A stretch of DNA of 64,000 nucleotides from a virus (lineage: Duplodnaviria; Heunggongvirae; Uroviricota; Caudoviricetes). The notes under the pieces were generated by a model, which saw only the letters and a list, made by a program, of their open reading frames with translations, ran no database searches and was not told the origin of the DNA. Position numbers and translations under genes: made by a program. The DNA is taken from positions 1-64,000 of the IMG/VR virus record IMGVR_UViG_3300033121_001335; one strand, given 5' to 3'. The first letter of the stretch is position 1, and each line of letters begins with the position of its first letter. Of the stretch, positions 1 to 9,108 are shown piece after piece.

Positions 1-398
1 ACTGTTGCAGCTAATATATCATCTCTTGTTGGATTGGCACCCAATGTAAGACATGGTGTTGCAACAGTGAATGTTGTTGATATTTCATCCTGTAAGTCTT
101 GTACCAGCGTTCTTAGTGTACAATTAGCAGTGATGAGCATCTGCATTAAATTGGCTAGATTTTTATCATCACCATTTAATATATCGGTGAGAAAATCACA
201 ACCTATAGTTACAGCAGACAGGTCCACTCCTGTTCCATCAGCAAGCTCTTGTAATTTTTCTAAAACAATAACCTCTATTTCATATAAGCTGTCTCCATTG
301 CATATTCCAAGAACTGGAATATCAACCCCTGTGTATTCCACACACTTATCACTTGTTCTTATTCCATTACAATTATTTAAACAATCAGTACATGCCAT
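1..398 (-). CDS. Cys-rich hypothetical protein, N-terminal ~132 codons only (gene runs off left edge)
   Basis: Manual minus-strand translation from ATG (rc of 396-398): MACTDCLNNCNGIRTSDKCVEYTGVDIPVLGICNGDSLYEIEV..., open to nt 1. The + ORF 34..486 is its antisense shadow. Shares an N-terminal CTDC motif with 416..946. Confidence 0.45.
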   Translation of the reverse strand, partial: MACTDCLNNCNGIRTSDKCVEYTGVDIPVLGICNGDSLYEIEVIVLEKLQELADGTGVDLSAVTIGCDFLTDILNGDDKNLANLMQMLITANCTLRTLVQDLQDEISTTFTVATPCLTLGANPTRDDILAAT

Positions 399-415
399 GT
401 TATTAATTAATTTTT

Positions 416-946
416 TTAGCTACAAAGACCCCCTTGTATTATGTTTATATTATCACCTGTTATATTGTCCTCTAAGACACATATAGTTAAAATCTCATTA
501 TCCTCTAATATGACACTATGCTCTTCTCCAGCACAGTCTGTATATTCAACCAATGGTTCAGCACTAGAACCCTGAGCAAACACTGTATATGTGTAACAGT
601 TTTCAGTAGGTAATATTGTAGTGGTTGTAGTGGTTGGGTCAGAGAAATCTTCACACGGACACTTCGGACAATCGTTATATTTATACAGCAATCTTGTGCC
701 TATTGTTATTATTTGCTGATTAGTTATACAGTCCTCAGGATATTTTTGATTGTAGAGTCTTTTAAATAAAATCCTTTTTAATCTGAGAAGTGTACTATAT
801 TGTACGTCATCAAAATATGCGTCTGTATTATATGTAGCACCAATCCACTTACTTTTAATTAGTTGATATATAGAACATTGCACCTGATTATACAGGCTCA
901 TCAGGGAACCACAATCTGTACATTGTTCTATTTGTGATGTTTGCAT
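416..946 (-). CDS. Cys-rich hypothetical late protein with poly-Thr tract
   Basis: ORF track; co-oriented with the late operon; EQCTDCGS and CPKCPCE motifs; DPTTTTTTILP tract. Confidence 0.6.
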   Translation of the reverse strand: MQTSQIEQCTDCGSLMSLYNQVQCSIYQLIKSKWIGATYNTDAYFDDVQYSTLLRLKRILFKRLYNQKYPEDCITNQQIITIGTRLLYKYNDCPKCPCEDFSDPTTTTTTILPTENCYTYTVFAQGSSAEPLVEYTDCAGEEHSVILEDNEILTICVLEDNITGDNINIIQGGLCS

Positions 947-1048
947 TTATTTCTTTTTTCCAGCGCAGAGCTTACATTCACCATTTACAGTGTTGCATTT
1001 TTTTACCTTATTACCGCAAGTGATGCATCTGGTTTGTGAACAAGACAT
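947..1048 (-). CDS. 33-aa zinc-ribbon-like mini-protein
   Basis: Manual translation MSCSQTRCITCGNKVKKCNTVNGECKLCAGKKK*; two CxxC pairs; exactly fills the gap between 946 and 1050. Confidence 0.35.
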   Translation of the reverse strand: MSCSQTRCITCGNKVKKCNTVNGECKLCAGKKK

Positions 1049-1049
1049 T

Positions 1050-1589
1050 TTAATTACATTTAGGATTAAATCTATTCAATAGTGTATTGGCCTTATTATA
1101 TAATTGAACAGCCAATTCTATTGAGCATCTGTTGGCCGCAGATATAGCTCCTTGTATATAATATTCTATCTCATCTAGAGTCATTTTTTGATTCCTTTTT
1201 AATTGCCCATCGCAAGAAAACATCTGAAGATTTAAAAACTTCTCATCGAATTTAGCGTAAATCCCATCCACCCTAAAAAACGTATTTGTCACATTCCATT
1301 TATATGCTGGGGAAATAGAATATTTTAATGTGTACACCCCATCTGGTATATCAACCAAATCACATGTATCTACATCACATGTAATTCCTAAATCATTAGA
1401 ATTATATATATTGATGGTACGCTCTGTAAACGTAAGAGTTTTTACACCATATCCGGGTATTGTTATCTGCACTGTTGGATTAACAATATTATACCCTGTG
1501 GGGTAAAAACTGGAATCTCCAATAACCAAAAGCTTCTTATTATGGCTATCAAATATAGTAAGATTGAGTATAGGAGTGGTTGCTGCCAT
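1050..1589 (-). CDS. hypothetical late protein
   Basis: ORF track; abuts the endolysin gene (shared nt 1589); no motif recognised. Confidence 0.6.
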   Translation of the reverse strand: MAATTPILNLTIFDSHNKKLLVIGDSSFYPTGYNIVNPTVQITIPGYGVKTLTFTERTINIYNSNDLGITCDVDTCDLVDIPDGVYTLKYSISPAYKWNVTNTFFRVDGIYAKFDEKFLNLQMFSCDGQLKRNQKMTLDEIEYYIQGAISAANRCSIELAVQLYNKANTLLNRFNPKCN

Positions 1590-2140
1590 TAAGGAATAAT
1601 TTGTTCATACTTAAGTAATACCAAAGCATGAGCTCTGGCTAATTCGTTCTTTTTAGCATTATATCTTTTTAAATCTTCATCATTAGTGATGAATCCGATT
1701 TCATGCAATACCACTATGCCCTTTTCACTCATTAATGCTAATTTTTTATGTCTGGTTTGGGCTTCTGAAAGCACCCCCCTGTTTCTAATACCAAGGATAG
1801 ATGCTGTAGTGGCTGAGAGTTCTTTAGCACAAGCTAAGTCAAGTCTGTCTGCATCCACTTCCACCAGAGTTTCTGTCCCTGTAGCTGTTGGCGGTCCGGC
1901 ATTAAAATGATATTCACAAACAACAGAACCATCCCCTGTTTGTATTCTGTTTACATATTGAGAGAGTGTTTCTGCATCACTGTCTAGTTTATGAGGCACT
2001 CCTAATAATGTTAATTGTCTGCTAACCAAGTCTCTAAACTCTATTGTTAAAATGCCCTCTTGAACTCCATCTTTATTTACTGCTCCGGGGTCTTTAGCTC
2101 CCGGATGTTTGGCGTGGTGTCCAGCTGATAGAAATATCAT
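1589..2140 (-). CDS. N-acetylmuramoyl-L-alanine amidase (Amidase_3-type endolysin)
   Basis: Motifs LSAGHHAKHPGAKDPGA, TIEFRDL, EYHFNAG, LHEIGFITN match the zinc-amidase pattern (GH..D.GA / E / H.NA / E.GF..N). Confidence 0.82.
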   Translation of the reverse strand: MIFLSAGHHAKHPGAKDPGAVNKDGVQEGILTIEFRDLVSRQLTLLGVPHKLDSDAETLSQYVNRIQTGDGSVVCEYHFNAGPPTATGTETLVEVDADRLDLACAKELSATTASILGIRNRGVLSEAQTRHKKLALMSEKGIVVLHEIGFITNDEDLKRYNAKKNELARAHALVLLKYEQIIP

Positions 2141-2159
2141 ATTATTGATTTTTAATGGT

Positions 2160-2531
2160 TTATATATCTGTGCCTAGATTCTCACCCTCTTTATTAATTA
2201 TAGGATTGTTAGAGACTCCCGCATCTCCATATATAGAAGATACCTTGGTGTATTTCTGCACTACAATTTTGGTGAGGCCCTCAGCTGTAATAAAACCTAG
2301 TCCCCCCAACATCACCCATTTGTCTGTTTCTAATATATCAGATAATAAAGACACCAATAATGGATTTACAGAACCCTTAGGTGTAAATAATATTAAATAG
2401 AATACAAAAAAGGTTACTAAAAAGGCTGTTACAACAAAATGAAACACTAGAAATAGTGTTACAAACCTCTTAGCAGATGCGTCAGTGTTTGGATTTATTA
2501 TATCCTTTAAATATTGTTTTATAGTGGCCAT
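2160..2531 (-). CDS. holin-like membrane protein
   Basis: 123 aa; hydrophobic spans FVTLFLVFHFVVTAFLVTFFVFYLILF and WVMLGGLGFITAEG; immediately upstream of the endolysin. Confidence 0.5.
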   Translation of the reverse strand: MATIKQYLKDIINPNTDASAKRFVTLFLVFHFVVTAFLVTFFVFYLILFTPKGSVNPLLVSLLSDILETDKWVMLGGLGFITAEGLTKIVVQKYTKVSSIYGDAGVSNNPIINKEGENLGTDI

Positions 2532-2551
2532 ATAATATTAATCCAAAAAGA

Positions 2552-2592
2552 AACCCGAAAGGATTTGGAATAACATCCTTTCCTTTCGGGTT
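2552..2592 (-). terminator. intrinsic terminator after structural gene 2616..3752
   Basis: Perfect 12-bp stem aacccgaaagga (2552-2563) / tcctttcgggtt (2581-2592). On the minus strand it is followed by a CTTTTTGG T-run. Confidence 0.65.
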
Positions 2593-2615
2593 ATTATTTT
2601 ATACTTTCTTCTTTT

Positions 2616-3752
2616 TTATGGAAGCAAAGTAGTTGTTGAAGTTGTGCTACTTGTTGAGCTGGTGCTAGTTGAAGTTGTGGTGGTATTTACCGGACCGCTT
2701 TCATCCACTGGAGCACCCAAATATGGTGTTAACACTGCTACTAATCCTGCTGTCAGAGACTGAGGTGTATATATAATCACCCTTTCATCTTGCTTTAGAT
2801 TGGCTGTAAAGCTATCATCCTGTTCAGCTTCATCAAATTGAAGAACTAGTTGGTCATATGTAGTACCATCTGTAACCCAATCTTCGAATTGTTGGTTGTA
2901 TTCAGACAGGCGGAATAGATGTTTGTAGGCAGCTTGATAACTGTAATAATTAACCTGCTCCTGATATACCTGTGCTGATGTGCCTCTTGGATATGTGCTT
3001 CTTTGTGTTAGAGTTGCTGTTGCAGCCTGCTCACACCTGTCGTACACCAAGAAATCTACTGAGGTGTCGGGATTTGCATAAACCCAGCCTCTGAAATAAA
3101 TCCTATCATATTCAAAAGGATTTAAAGCAATGTCACAGAACTTACCATATGCTGTAATAGGCTTGCTTTCTACCACCAGAATCGCATCATCACCAGTACC
3201 CTGCTTAGAGAAGGTGAAGAATGTACTTATAGTGAGAGAGTTTGGCTCATTCTGCACTGCTGCTTCTTGAGCAATTTTTTCTAGGAATAAATCAATCAAA
3301 TCCTCATTTGCAACAGCTGCACAAGGACTTTCTCCACAATCACAACATGGAGTTTGGATTGTTACACTTCTGGTGAAACCATTAAAAGAGATGGTGTCCA
3401 GATATTGAGAGTGACCCCTCAGTGTTAGAGTGATGGACTGGTCACACTGAGCCGTAAAATCTGAAAACTGCCAGATTTCATTGGCTGCTGTGGGAGCGCC
3501 TGTCACCTTATACCATTTTTTTACTTTAGAAGCTTTTATATAATCGGACTTCTTTGTACCCAAATACGAATCGGGCCTACCCTGTCCAAATTCTATAAAA
3601 CTTGCAGTGCTGATATTACCTGCTGTAGCGGCTGTCCAGCTCCTATCTTTAAATACACCAAATTGACCATTGGTAAGGTCTTCAGTAGAACCTGATGTAG
3701 GCAATGAGTTATCAACAGGAACGACAAACAAGGCGGTTAGAGAAAAATCCAT
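2616..3752 (-). CDS. virion structural protein candidate with Ser/Thr-rich C-terminal tail
   Basis: 378 aa; in the morphogenesis operon; followed by a strong terminator; C-terminus NTTTTSTSTSSTSSTTSTTTLLP. Confidence 0.5.
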   Translation of the reverse strand: MDFSLTALFVVPVDNSLPTSGSTEDLTNGQFGVFKDRSWTAATAGNISTASFIEFGQGRPDSYLGTKKSDYIKASKVKKWYKVTGAPTAANEIWQFSDFTAQCDQSITLTLRGHSQYLDTISFNGFTRSVTIQTPCCDCGESPCAAVANEDLIDLFLEKIAQEAAVQNEPNSLTISTFFTFSKQGTGDDAILVVESKPITAYGKFCDIALNPFEYDRIYFRGWVYANPDTSVDFLVYDRCEQAATATLTQRSTYPRGTSAQVYQEQVNYYSYQAAYKHLFRLSEYNQQFEDWVTDGTTYDQLVLQFDEAEQDDSFTANLKQDERVIIYTPQSLTAGLVAVLTPYLGAPVDESGPVNTTTTSTSTSSTSSTTSTTTLLP

Positions 3753-3772
3753 ATTACTTTATTATTTTTGTG

Positions 3773-4501
3773 TTATTCGTTATTTTTTGTTCTTTTATCA
3801 GCATAAACAACTGCTGAGTTATTTTCTGTATACATAGCTAGATTTTCTGTAGCTATATCTAATAGCTCGTCTTCTAAATATTCTTCTAGCTCACAATTGA
3901 CAGTGGTGCTATCTGTACCATCAAATTTTACATACCCCTCTAAATCTATCTCGATAGGATACCTTATATATGTTAGGTAGATGTTTTTCGGTGTAAATGT
4001 ACCATCTGTGTAATAATGCAATTCATCCGAAGCTATGTCTACTAACACCTCTTGGTATTCAAAAGAGGGTTTGTAATTATTATTGAGGAGAAGTGTAGTG
4101 ATGTCAGCATGTTTAACTAAATCACCATTTGAATATAAAATCCTATTCTTACAATCTCCTTTATCAGCTATCATGTAACTATCCAAATAAAACATAAATT
4201 TGGGGGATACACTTGTAATGTCTGTAGTCCACCTATTTAGATATTTATCGGATAATGTTAAGGATAATTTATGGTCTTCTGGATTTTCTACAAGAAACTG
4301 TAAATCTTGATACCTCTTTTTAAATCCATCTAAACCTATTTTATATAAATTATTCCCATCAACCTTTTGCTTTATCAGCTTTATCTGTGCTTCACATAGG
4401 GCCAGCACTTTGTCCTCCACCGGAATCTGTTGATGTTCGTTAGTAGAGAGTTTATTAAGTCTTTGGTCTAGTTTATATGACAGTCTCTCTGCTAATATCA
4501 T
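3773..4501 (-). CDS. hypothetical structural-module protein
   Basis: ORF track; start/stop overlap with 4501..5451; no motif recognised. Confidence 0.6.
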   Translation of the reverse strand: MILAERLSYKLDQRLNKLSTNEHQQIPVEDKVLALCEAQIKLIKQKVDGNNLYKIGLDGFKKRYQDLQFLVENPEDHKLSLTLSDKYLNRWTTDITSVSPKFMFYLDSYMIADKGDCKNRILYSNGDLVKHADITTLLLNNNYKPSFEYQEVLVDIASDELHYYTDGTFTPKNIYLTYIRYPIEIDLEGYVKFDGTDSTTVNCELEEYLEDELLDIATENLAMYTENNSAVVYADKRTKNNE

Positions 4502-5451
4502 TATGCCATTGCTATTTTCTTCTGTTTAAGTCTGGATTTAAGGGCCAATAACTCTTTTTGATTATTATCGTCTAAAAGGAAATTAACTAAATCCTCCTTT
4601 GAGGCAGCCACTGTTTCTGTACCCTCTTGTATCTTATCACCAGCTCCCTTTCTGTATATGTTATGTCTTATAGCCTGTTCAATTAAATCCCTCACTTCAA
4701 GCCTATCATCTGTTAATTTAACTAAGTCGTTAAATACAGCCAGAGTTGAGAGGTTTTTATATTCACCAGACTCGAATTCTGGTTTTTTAAGTGTGCTATC
4801 CATCAAATTGTATACAGCTTCTTCTGTACTATCATCTGATATTGGAAGCCCCATCAGTCTTGCCACTTGCTTTTGTTTGCTCGGTGTGAGATTTTCAAAC
4901 GTAACAATGGCTTGGTTAATCTGTTTTTTCTTAGAGAAAAGAGCTTTGTTTTCAGCCTCTTCGTTTGCCAAATAATATTGGCATTCTGGACAACCACCAC
5001 GATTAAAGTCTTCTAAAGAACGGGCTATATCAGGATGAACTCTAAGCCAGCAATATGTTAAAAGAGCTAATGAGTCAGTTTCTGTGTGTAGAATAAAAGG
5101 CTCATTTCCTAAAGGAACGTGAGACACCTTAATATCACTGTCTGAGAAAGCATTCCACACCTTACTCCTTGGGCCAAAATCAGTGTCTGGAAACACCTCT
5201 TTGAGTTTTTTAAGAGTTTCGTCAATAAATTTAAACTCCGCATCTCTTTCCTCTTTTGTTAGCTTGGAGAGATAGGGTGCCGATTTATCCAGCCCTGTTC
5301 TATATCTACCGTCAGCTTCTACCTTAGGCATTAAATACCTTTTAGTACCCGGACTTCTTGCATATCCTTTATCAGATAGGGAACTTTCTAGAGTTTTAAA
5401 TCCCGCATTATAAGTTTTCCTAATTGGACTGATTTTGATGCTCTTGGCCAT
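4501..5451 (-). CDS. hypothetical structural-module protein
   Basis: ORF track; first gene after the intergenic hairpins that follow the capsid candidate. Confidence 0.6.
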   Translation of the reverse strand: MAKSIKISPIRKTYNAGFKTLESSLSDKGYARSPGTKRYLMPKVEADGRYRTGLDKSAPYLSKLTKEERDAEFKFIDETLKKLKEVFPDTDFGPRSKVWNAFSDSDIKVSHVPLGNEPFILHTETDSLALLTYCWLRVHPDIARSLEDFNRGGCPECQYYLANEEAENKALFSKKKQINQAIVTFENLTPSKQKQVARLMGLPISDDSTEEAVYNLMDSTLKKPEFESGEYKNLSTLAVFNDLVKLTDDRLEVRDLIEQAIRHNIYRKGAGDKIQEGTETVAASKEDLVNFLLDDNNQKELLALKSRLKQKKIAMA

Positions 5452-5618
5452 AAGAATTATTTAGTTATTTATTGGTTTTAGAGAATAACTGCCATCGAAG
5501 GCCACGCCTAAAACGAATTATTCTTATTTAAATTTGGGGGCTAATGGCTAGGTAGGAACTTGCTTTTCGCCCCCGGTAGGTCTATTTAATATTCAGCAGT
5601 ACAATCCCGCTGACGCTA

Positions 5619-7178
5619 TTACCAGAACGGTATTTCTTCAATCAACACTGTACGAGACATATCTTCGATGAATACATCACACCTGTCATCCATAAATATG
5701 GTGTAAGCATCCATTTTGTTGGCGGCAGAGTGGCCCTGAGATGCCATAGCACCGAGGTGACTTCTACGACCATCAATATACCCCCATGTCATGTTAGGGC
5801 GGCCCTGTCTCCTCACCTCTCTGATGTTATTAACCAGCTGTCCATCGGAAGTTGGGCTTACATCAAATACGATGAAGATTGGAGTGGATTTTTTGTTTTG
5901 ACCAAACTCCAAATTAGTTTGAGGCAGGTCAAGCTCTGTCAGGTGAATCAGGCTTACAACACCAGTTTCACGGGTAACGAAGCTATCAAAAGCGTAGTCA
6001 AGACGTAAGTTTTGACCTTTTCCTGAAATGAATTTATCGTTATCGCCCACAGTGAAATTCAATCCTGAAGCCAAAGCATCAATTTTAACGGCTTGTTGGA
6101 AAGCATCAAAACCTGCTTCATTTGTATATAGTTTAACCTTGCGGTCTCCCATATTCACCCTACGATAGAACAGGTCTCCGAACACTGTACGCAATAGATT
6201 CACAGAGAATTCACCACGATTGTAAGGAACATAATTACCTGATTTTCTCATACGGTGTACGATACCAGCAGAGATTTTCTTCAGCTCTTGCTTAGAGCCA
6301 TTGGTACGACCAAAGCCCGGTTTAGCAAAGAACATACGATTCACTTTCAATTCCAACATCTCTTTACGCATGAGAAACTCAATAAATGGCTCCCATTTAA
6401 TGTCTGAACGAGATTGGATTTGACCATTACGCACATTAGCGTAATATATAATATCCATTGGGTTACCCCATATATCTTTCTTGCCGTTGGCGATACGCTT
6501 GTCATCAGCCCAACCTGTAATTGTGTGTTCTTTAGAATATCCAGAACCAAGAGTTTCGAACATTTCGAGTCTCTCAGCCAGTCTATCCAGACCCAATAAG
6601 TCTTGGTCAAATTCACCAATAGAGGCGTTAATCACTTCAACCTCTACACCCGGAACAAACCGAGAGCGGTCAACGCTATCCACTGTAGGATTAGCAGAAA
6701 CCAATGTGGCCCTATTCAACCAGCCTGAGTTATATGGAGTTGGGTCAGATGTTAAGAGGATTTGCTGACCATGAATCCTAGAACCCATACTAACGATGGC
6801 ATTCTTAGAGATTTTAGTATCAAACACCACCTCAAATTCTTTACCATCAATACCAATATTAGTTTGGTCAAGAGTGGATTGAGGAACATCTATAATCACC
6901 GGGAACATGTATGGTTTCTCAATCTCCCAACGCCATGTATCACTCATCCCATCCAAATAATAAGGAGTGGATTTGTCTAACATTTGCAGGAAGTCGTTTT
7001 TATACAATGATGTCTGGGTGTATAAAGATATGATTTTCTTATCATAATCCGAAGGAGTGTCCCTGTGGAAACTTTCTAAGTGATTACTATCAGTAAGTTT
7101 ACCGATAGCACGTTTATCCATTTGGGAAATTCTACCTGCGTATAAACCAGTAAATCCCGGTAAAAACTGTTGAGCCAT
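5619..7178 (-). CDS. major capsid protein candidate
   Basis: 519 aa. Call is by position only: immediately downstream of the acidic scaffold-like gene in the order terminase-portal-scaffold-capsid. Followed by a 167-nt hairpin-rich intergenic region. Confidence 0.5.
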   Translation of the reverse strand: MAQQFLPGFTGLYAGRISQMDKRAIGKLTDSNHLESFHRDTPSDYDKKIISLYTQTSLYKNDFLQMLDKSTPYYLDGMSDTWRWEIEKPYMFPVIIDVPQSTLDQTNIGIDGKEFEVVFDTKISKNAIVSMGSRIHGQQILLTSDPTPYNSGWLNRATLVSANPTVDSVDRSRFVPGVEVEVINASIGEFDQDLLGLDRLAERLEMFETLGSGYSKEHTITGWADDKRIANGKKDIWGNPMDIIYYANVRNGQIQSRSDIKWEPFIEFLMRKEMLELKVNRMFFAKPGFGRTNGSKQELKKISAGIVHRMRKSGNYVPYNRGEFSVNLLRTVFGDLFYRRVNMGDRKVKLYTNEAGFDAFQQAVKIDALASGLNFTVGDNDKFISGKGQNLRLDYAFDSFVTRETGVVSLIHLTELDLPQTNLEFGQNKKSTPIFIVFDVSPTSDGQLVNNIREVRRQGRPNMTWGYIDGRRSHLGAMASQGHSAANKMDAYTIFMDDRCDVFIEDMSRTVLIEEIPFW

Positions 7179-7203
7179 ATTATTTGTAAATTTTTATTAA
7201 ATT

Positions 7204-8451
7204 TTATAGATTCCAAGGAGCAGGGGCTGCTTTTTGTTTTGTAGCCTGCTTAGTCTTTTTTGTAGCGAATTCTGAAAACAGCTCTGAAGATTCTTTACTC
7301 ACTGCTTTCTTTTGCACTTTTGACAGGTCTAAATTGTTTTGAAACAATAATCCTGCTTTTATCTTTAGTGCGTGGTTTTCTGGTTTATTCAGCTCTAAAA
7401 CGAATTTATCAAAATCCGTAAATTTTTTACCGTCCTTGCCTTGCCATTTCTTATTATATAGAAAGTCGAAGGCTTTCTGAGCCGTTTGTTCTGAGACGGG
7501 AATACCATCAAATTCTTTAGCCTGTATTTTTTCAGAAAGGATTTTAACTAAGGAGTTTTTATATTGTATGTCCTTTTGTTTCTCTCCTTCTATTTCTGCT
7601 GCTTTCCTATCCTCTTGGTCCTTCAAAGCTTTTTTATCCTGACTAATTAAAAGCGGAAGAGCTTCTTCTGCATCAGCCTGTAATTCTGAAATATCTTTTA
7701 ATTTCTGTATTCTTCCAGCAATCTTGTCTTCTGGAACCCCACTTCTTCTATACCACTCTGAAACTATTCGTTCTTGATTGGCTTCTGTATCTGTTGTAAG
7801 GGATTCGAAATCTTCTATCCTATTATACACTGGAAGATACTCTTTAGGGTCAACCCCCTTATTAAATATGGCATCGAATAGCTCTTGTCTGTCTTCACCA
7901 AATTTGGAAAGGTGATTGTCCAGCATAGCAAACATATCTCTCTGCTTCTGGTATTCGAAAAGCTTTTTAAATTCTTCTGGAGTTTTAGCTGTATGAACAA
8001 CCTCTTCCCCTGTTTCTGGGTCTACATCTGCTGTAAATACACCAGCTTGGTAAAGAGATTTTGAAAGAATTTCGAACTGAGACTTATCATCGTCAGTGCC
8101 TTCGTCATCATCTTCATTCTCCTCATTTTCTTCTTCCTCGTCTTCAGGCTTTTCTTCTTTTCCTCCTTCACCAACCTTCTTTTTTTCACCAAAGAGATGT
8201 TCAGAAGGGTCTGTTATTTCTTCTTCATCAGCCTTCTCTTCTGTTTTTGCTTTGGGAGGAGGGGTTTGAGTTTTGGCTTTGGCCTTGGCTTTTTCTTCTG
8301 CTAATTTGTTAGCAGCAGCCTCAGCATCAGCTTTTTCTTTTACCTTCTTTACATCCTCTAATTCATTTGGGTCAGTGTCTGCAAATAGTACATCATTAAC
8401 CCTATTGGATTCAGAGAATTCGTCCTCGATTCCGAAGAAATTATCCGCCAT
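7204..8451 (-). CDS. scaffolding protein candidate (acidic, coiled-coil, low complexity)
   Basis: EAAANKLAEEKAKAKAKTQTPPPKAKTEEKADEEE and EDEEEENEENEDDDEGTDDD tracts; position between portal and capsid candidate. Confidence 0.5.
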   Translation of the reverse strand: MADNFFGIEDEFSESNRVNDVLFADTDPNELEDVKKVKEKADAEAAANKLAEEKAKAKAKTQTPPPKAKTEEKADEEEITDPSEHLFGEKKKVGEGGKEEKPEDEEEENEENEDDDEGTDDDKSQFEILSKSLYQAGVFTADVDPETGEEVVHTAKTPEEFKKLFEYQKQRDMFAMLDNHLSKFGEDRQELFDAIFNKGVDPKEYLPVYNRIEDFESLTTDTEANQERIVSEWYRRSGVPEDKIAGRIQKLKDISELQADAEEALPLLISQDKKALKDQEDRKAAEIEGEKQKDIQYKNSLVKILSEKIQAKEFDGIPVSEQTAQKAFDFLYNKKWQGKDGKKFTDFDKFVLELNKPENHALKIKAGLLFQNNLDLSKVQKKAVSKESSELFSEFATKKTKQATKQKAAPAPWNL

Positions 8452-8556
8452 AAAAAATATTTAGTTTGATTGGTTTTTGTATTCTGGGTGTAAAATTATA
8501 TAGACAATTTCACAATTCCAAGAGAACAGCCCTCTATTTAATTGGTTGTTAAGCTA

Positions 8557-9105
8557 TTATAGCATTAAGTTAGATTTTTCCTTTTCATTAAAAAATTTAA
8601 ATGCTCTTGTTTTACATTTATCAGAGAAATCAAAGTCTTTTACAGTGACACCGAAATCTAAATATTTAGTGGCAAGGGCCCTCTTAATTGCATTCCTAGT
8701 CACCTTTTTCTTTATATCCTCCCAAGACACATCTTCTAAATGAGAAGATATTCTGGTTGACATACTATCCATCATATTAGATGGGGCATCATTATTATCT
8801 ACCAAAAATTTTTTCAGGTCATGTATTTCATACGTCACTACACCGGCGATGGAAATTGTTTCTCCATCTAATGTTGTGATTGTCAATGGTTTAGATTCCA
8901 TTGTCTCTTCTTTAACATTCCATGTTAATGGGTATTCTACAATTGGCCATTTAAGGTGGGTTCCGGCTTTTAGGGTGCGATGGTATACACCAAATCTTAA
9001 GACTATAGCCTCTGAGTAATGATTAACCACTACCCAAGGCTTAATGTAGTCTGATAATTGGTCTATAGTTTTTGTTATCCACTCTCCAAATCCCTCTAGT
9101 CCCAT
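8557..9105 (-). CDS. SPFH/band-7 (prohibitin-like) domain protein
   Basis: Pattern VVVNHYSEAIVLRFGVYHRTLKAGTHLKWPIVE..TITTLDGETISIAGVVTYEIHDLKKF resembles the SPFH core (E..V..RFG.....PG.H...P....V / T.D...V.V...V.Y.I.D). Confidence 0.5.
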   Translation of the reverse strand: MGLEGFGEWITKTIDQLSDYIKPWVVVNHYSEAIVLRFGVYHRTLKAGTHLKWPIVEYPLTWNVKEETMESKPLTITTLDGETISIAGVVTYEIHDLKKFLVDNNDAPSNMMDSMSTRISSHLEDVSWEDIKKKVTRNAIKRALATKYLDFGVTVKDFDFSDKCKTRAFKFFNEKEKSNLML

Positions 9106-9108
9106 TGT

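Noticed and set aside
34-486. 150-aa plus-strand ORF at the left edge
   Set aside because: It lies antisense to two co-oriented minus-strand late genes (1..398 and 416..946). Its low-complexity Ser/Leu-rich translation is typical of a shadow ORF.
5452-5618. Small RNA in the 167-nt gap after the capsid candidate
   Set aside because: There are only two modest hairpins: TCAGCgg..ctGCTGA, and GGGGGC..GCCCCC with a 27-nt loop. They are adequately explained as attenuating terminators after a highly expressed gene, and there is no further evidence.
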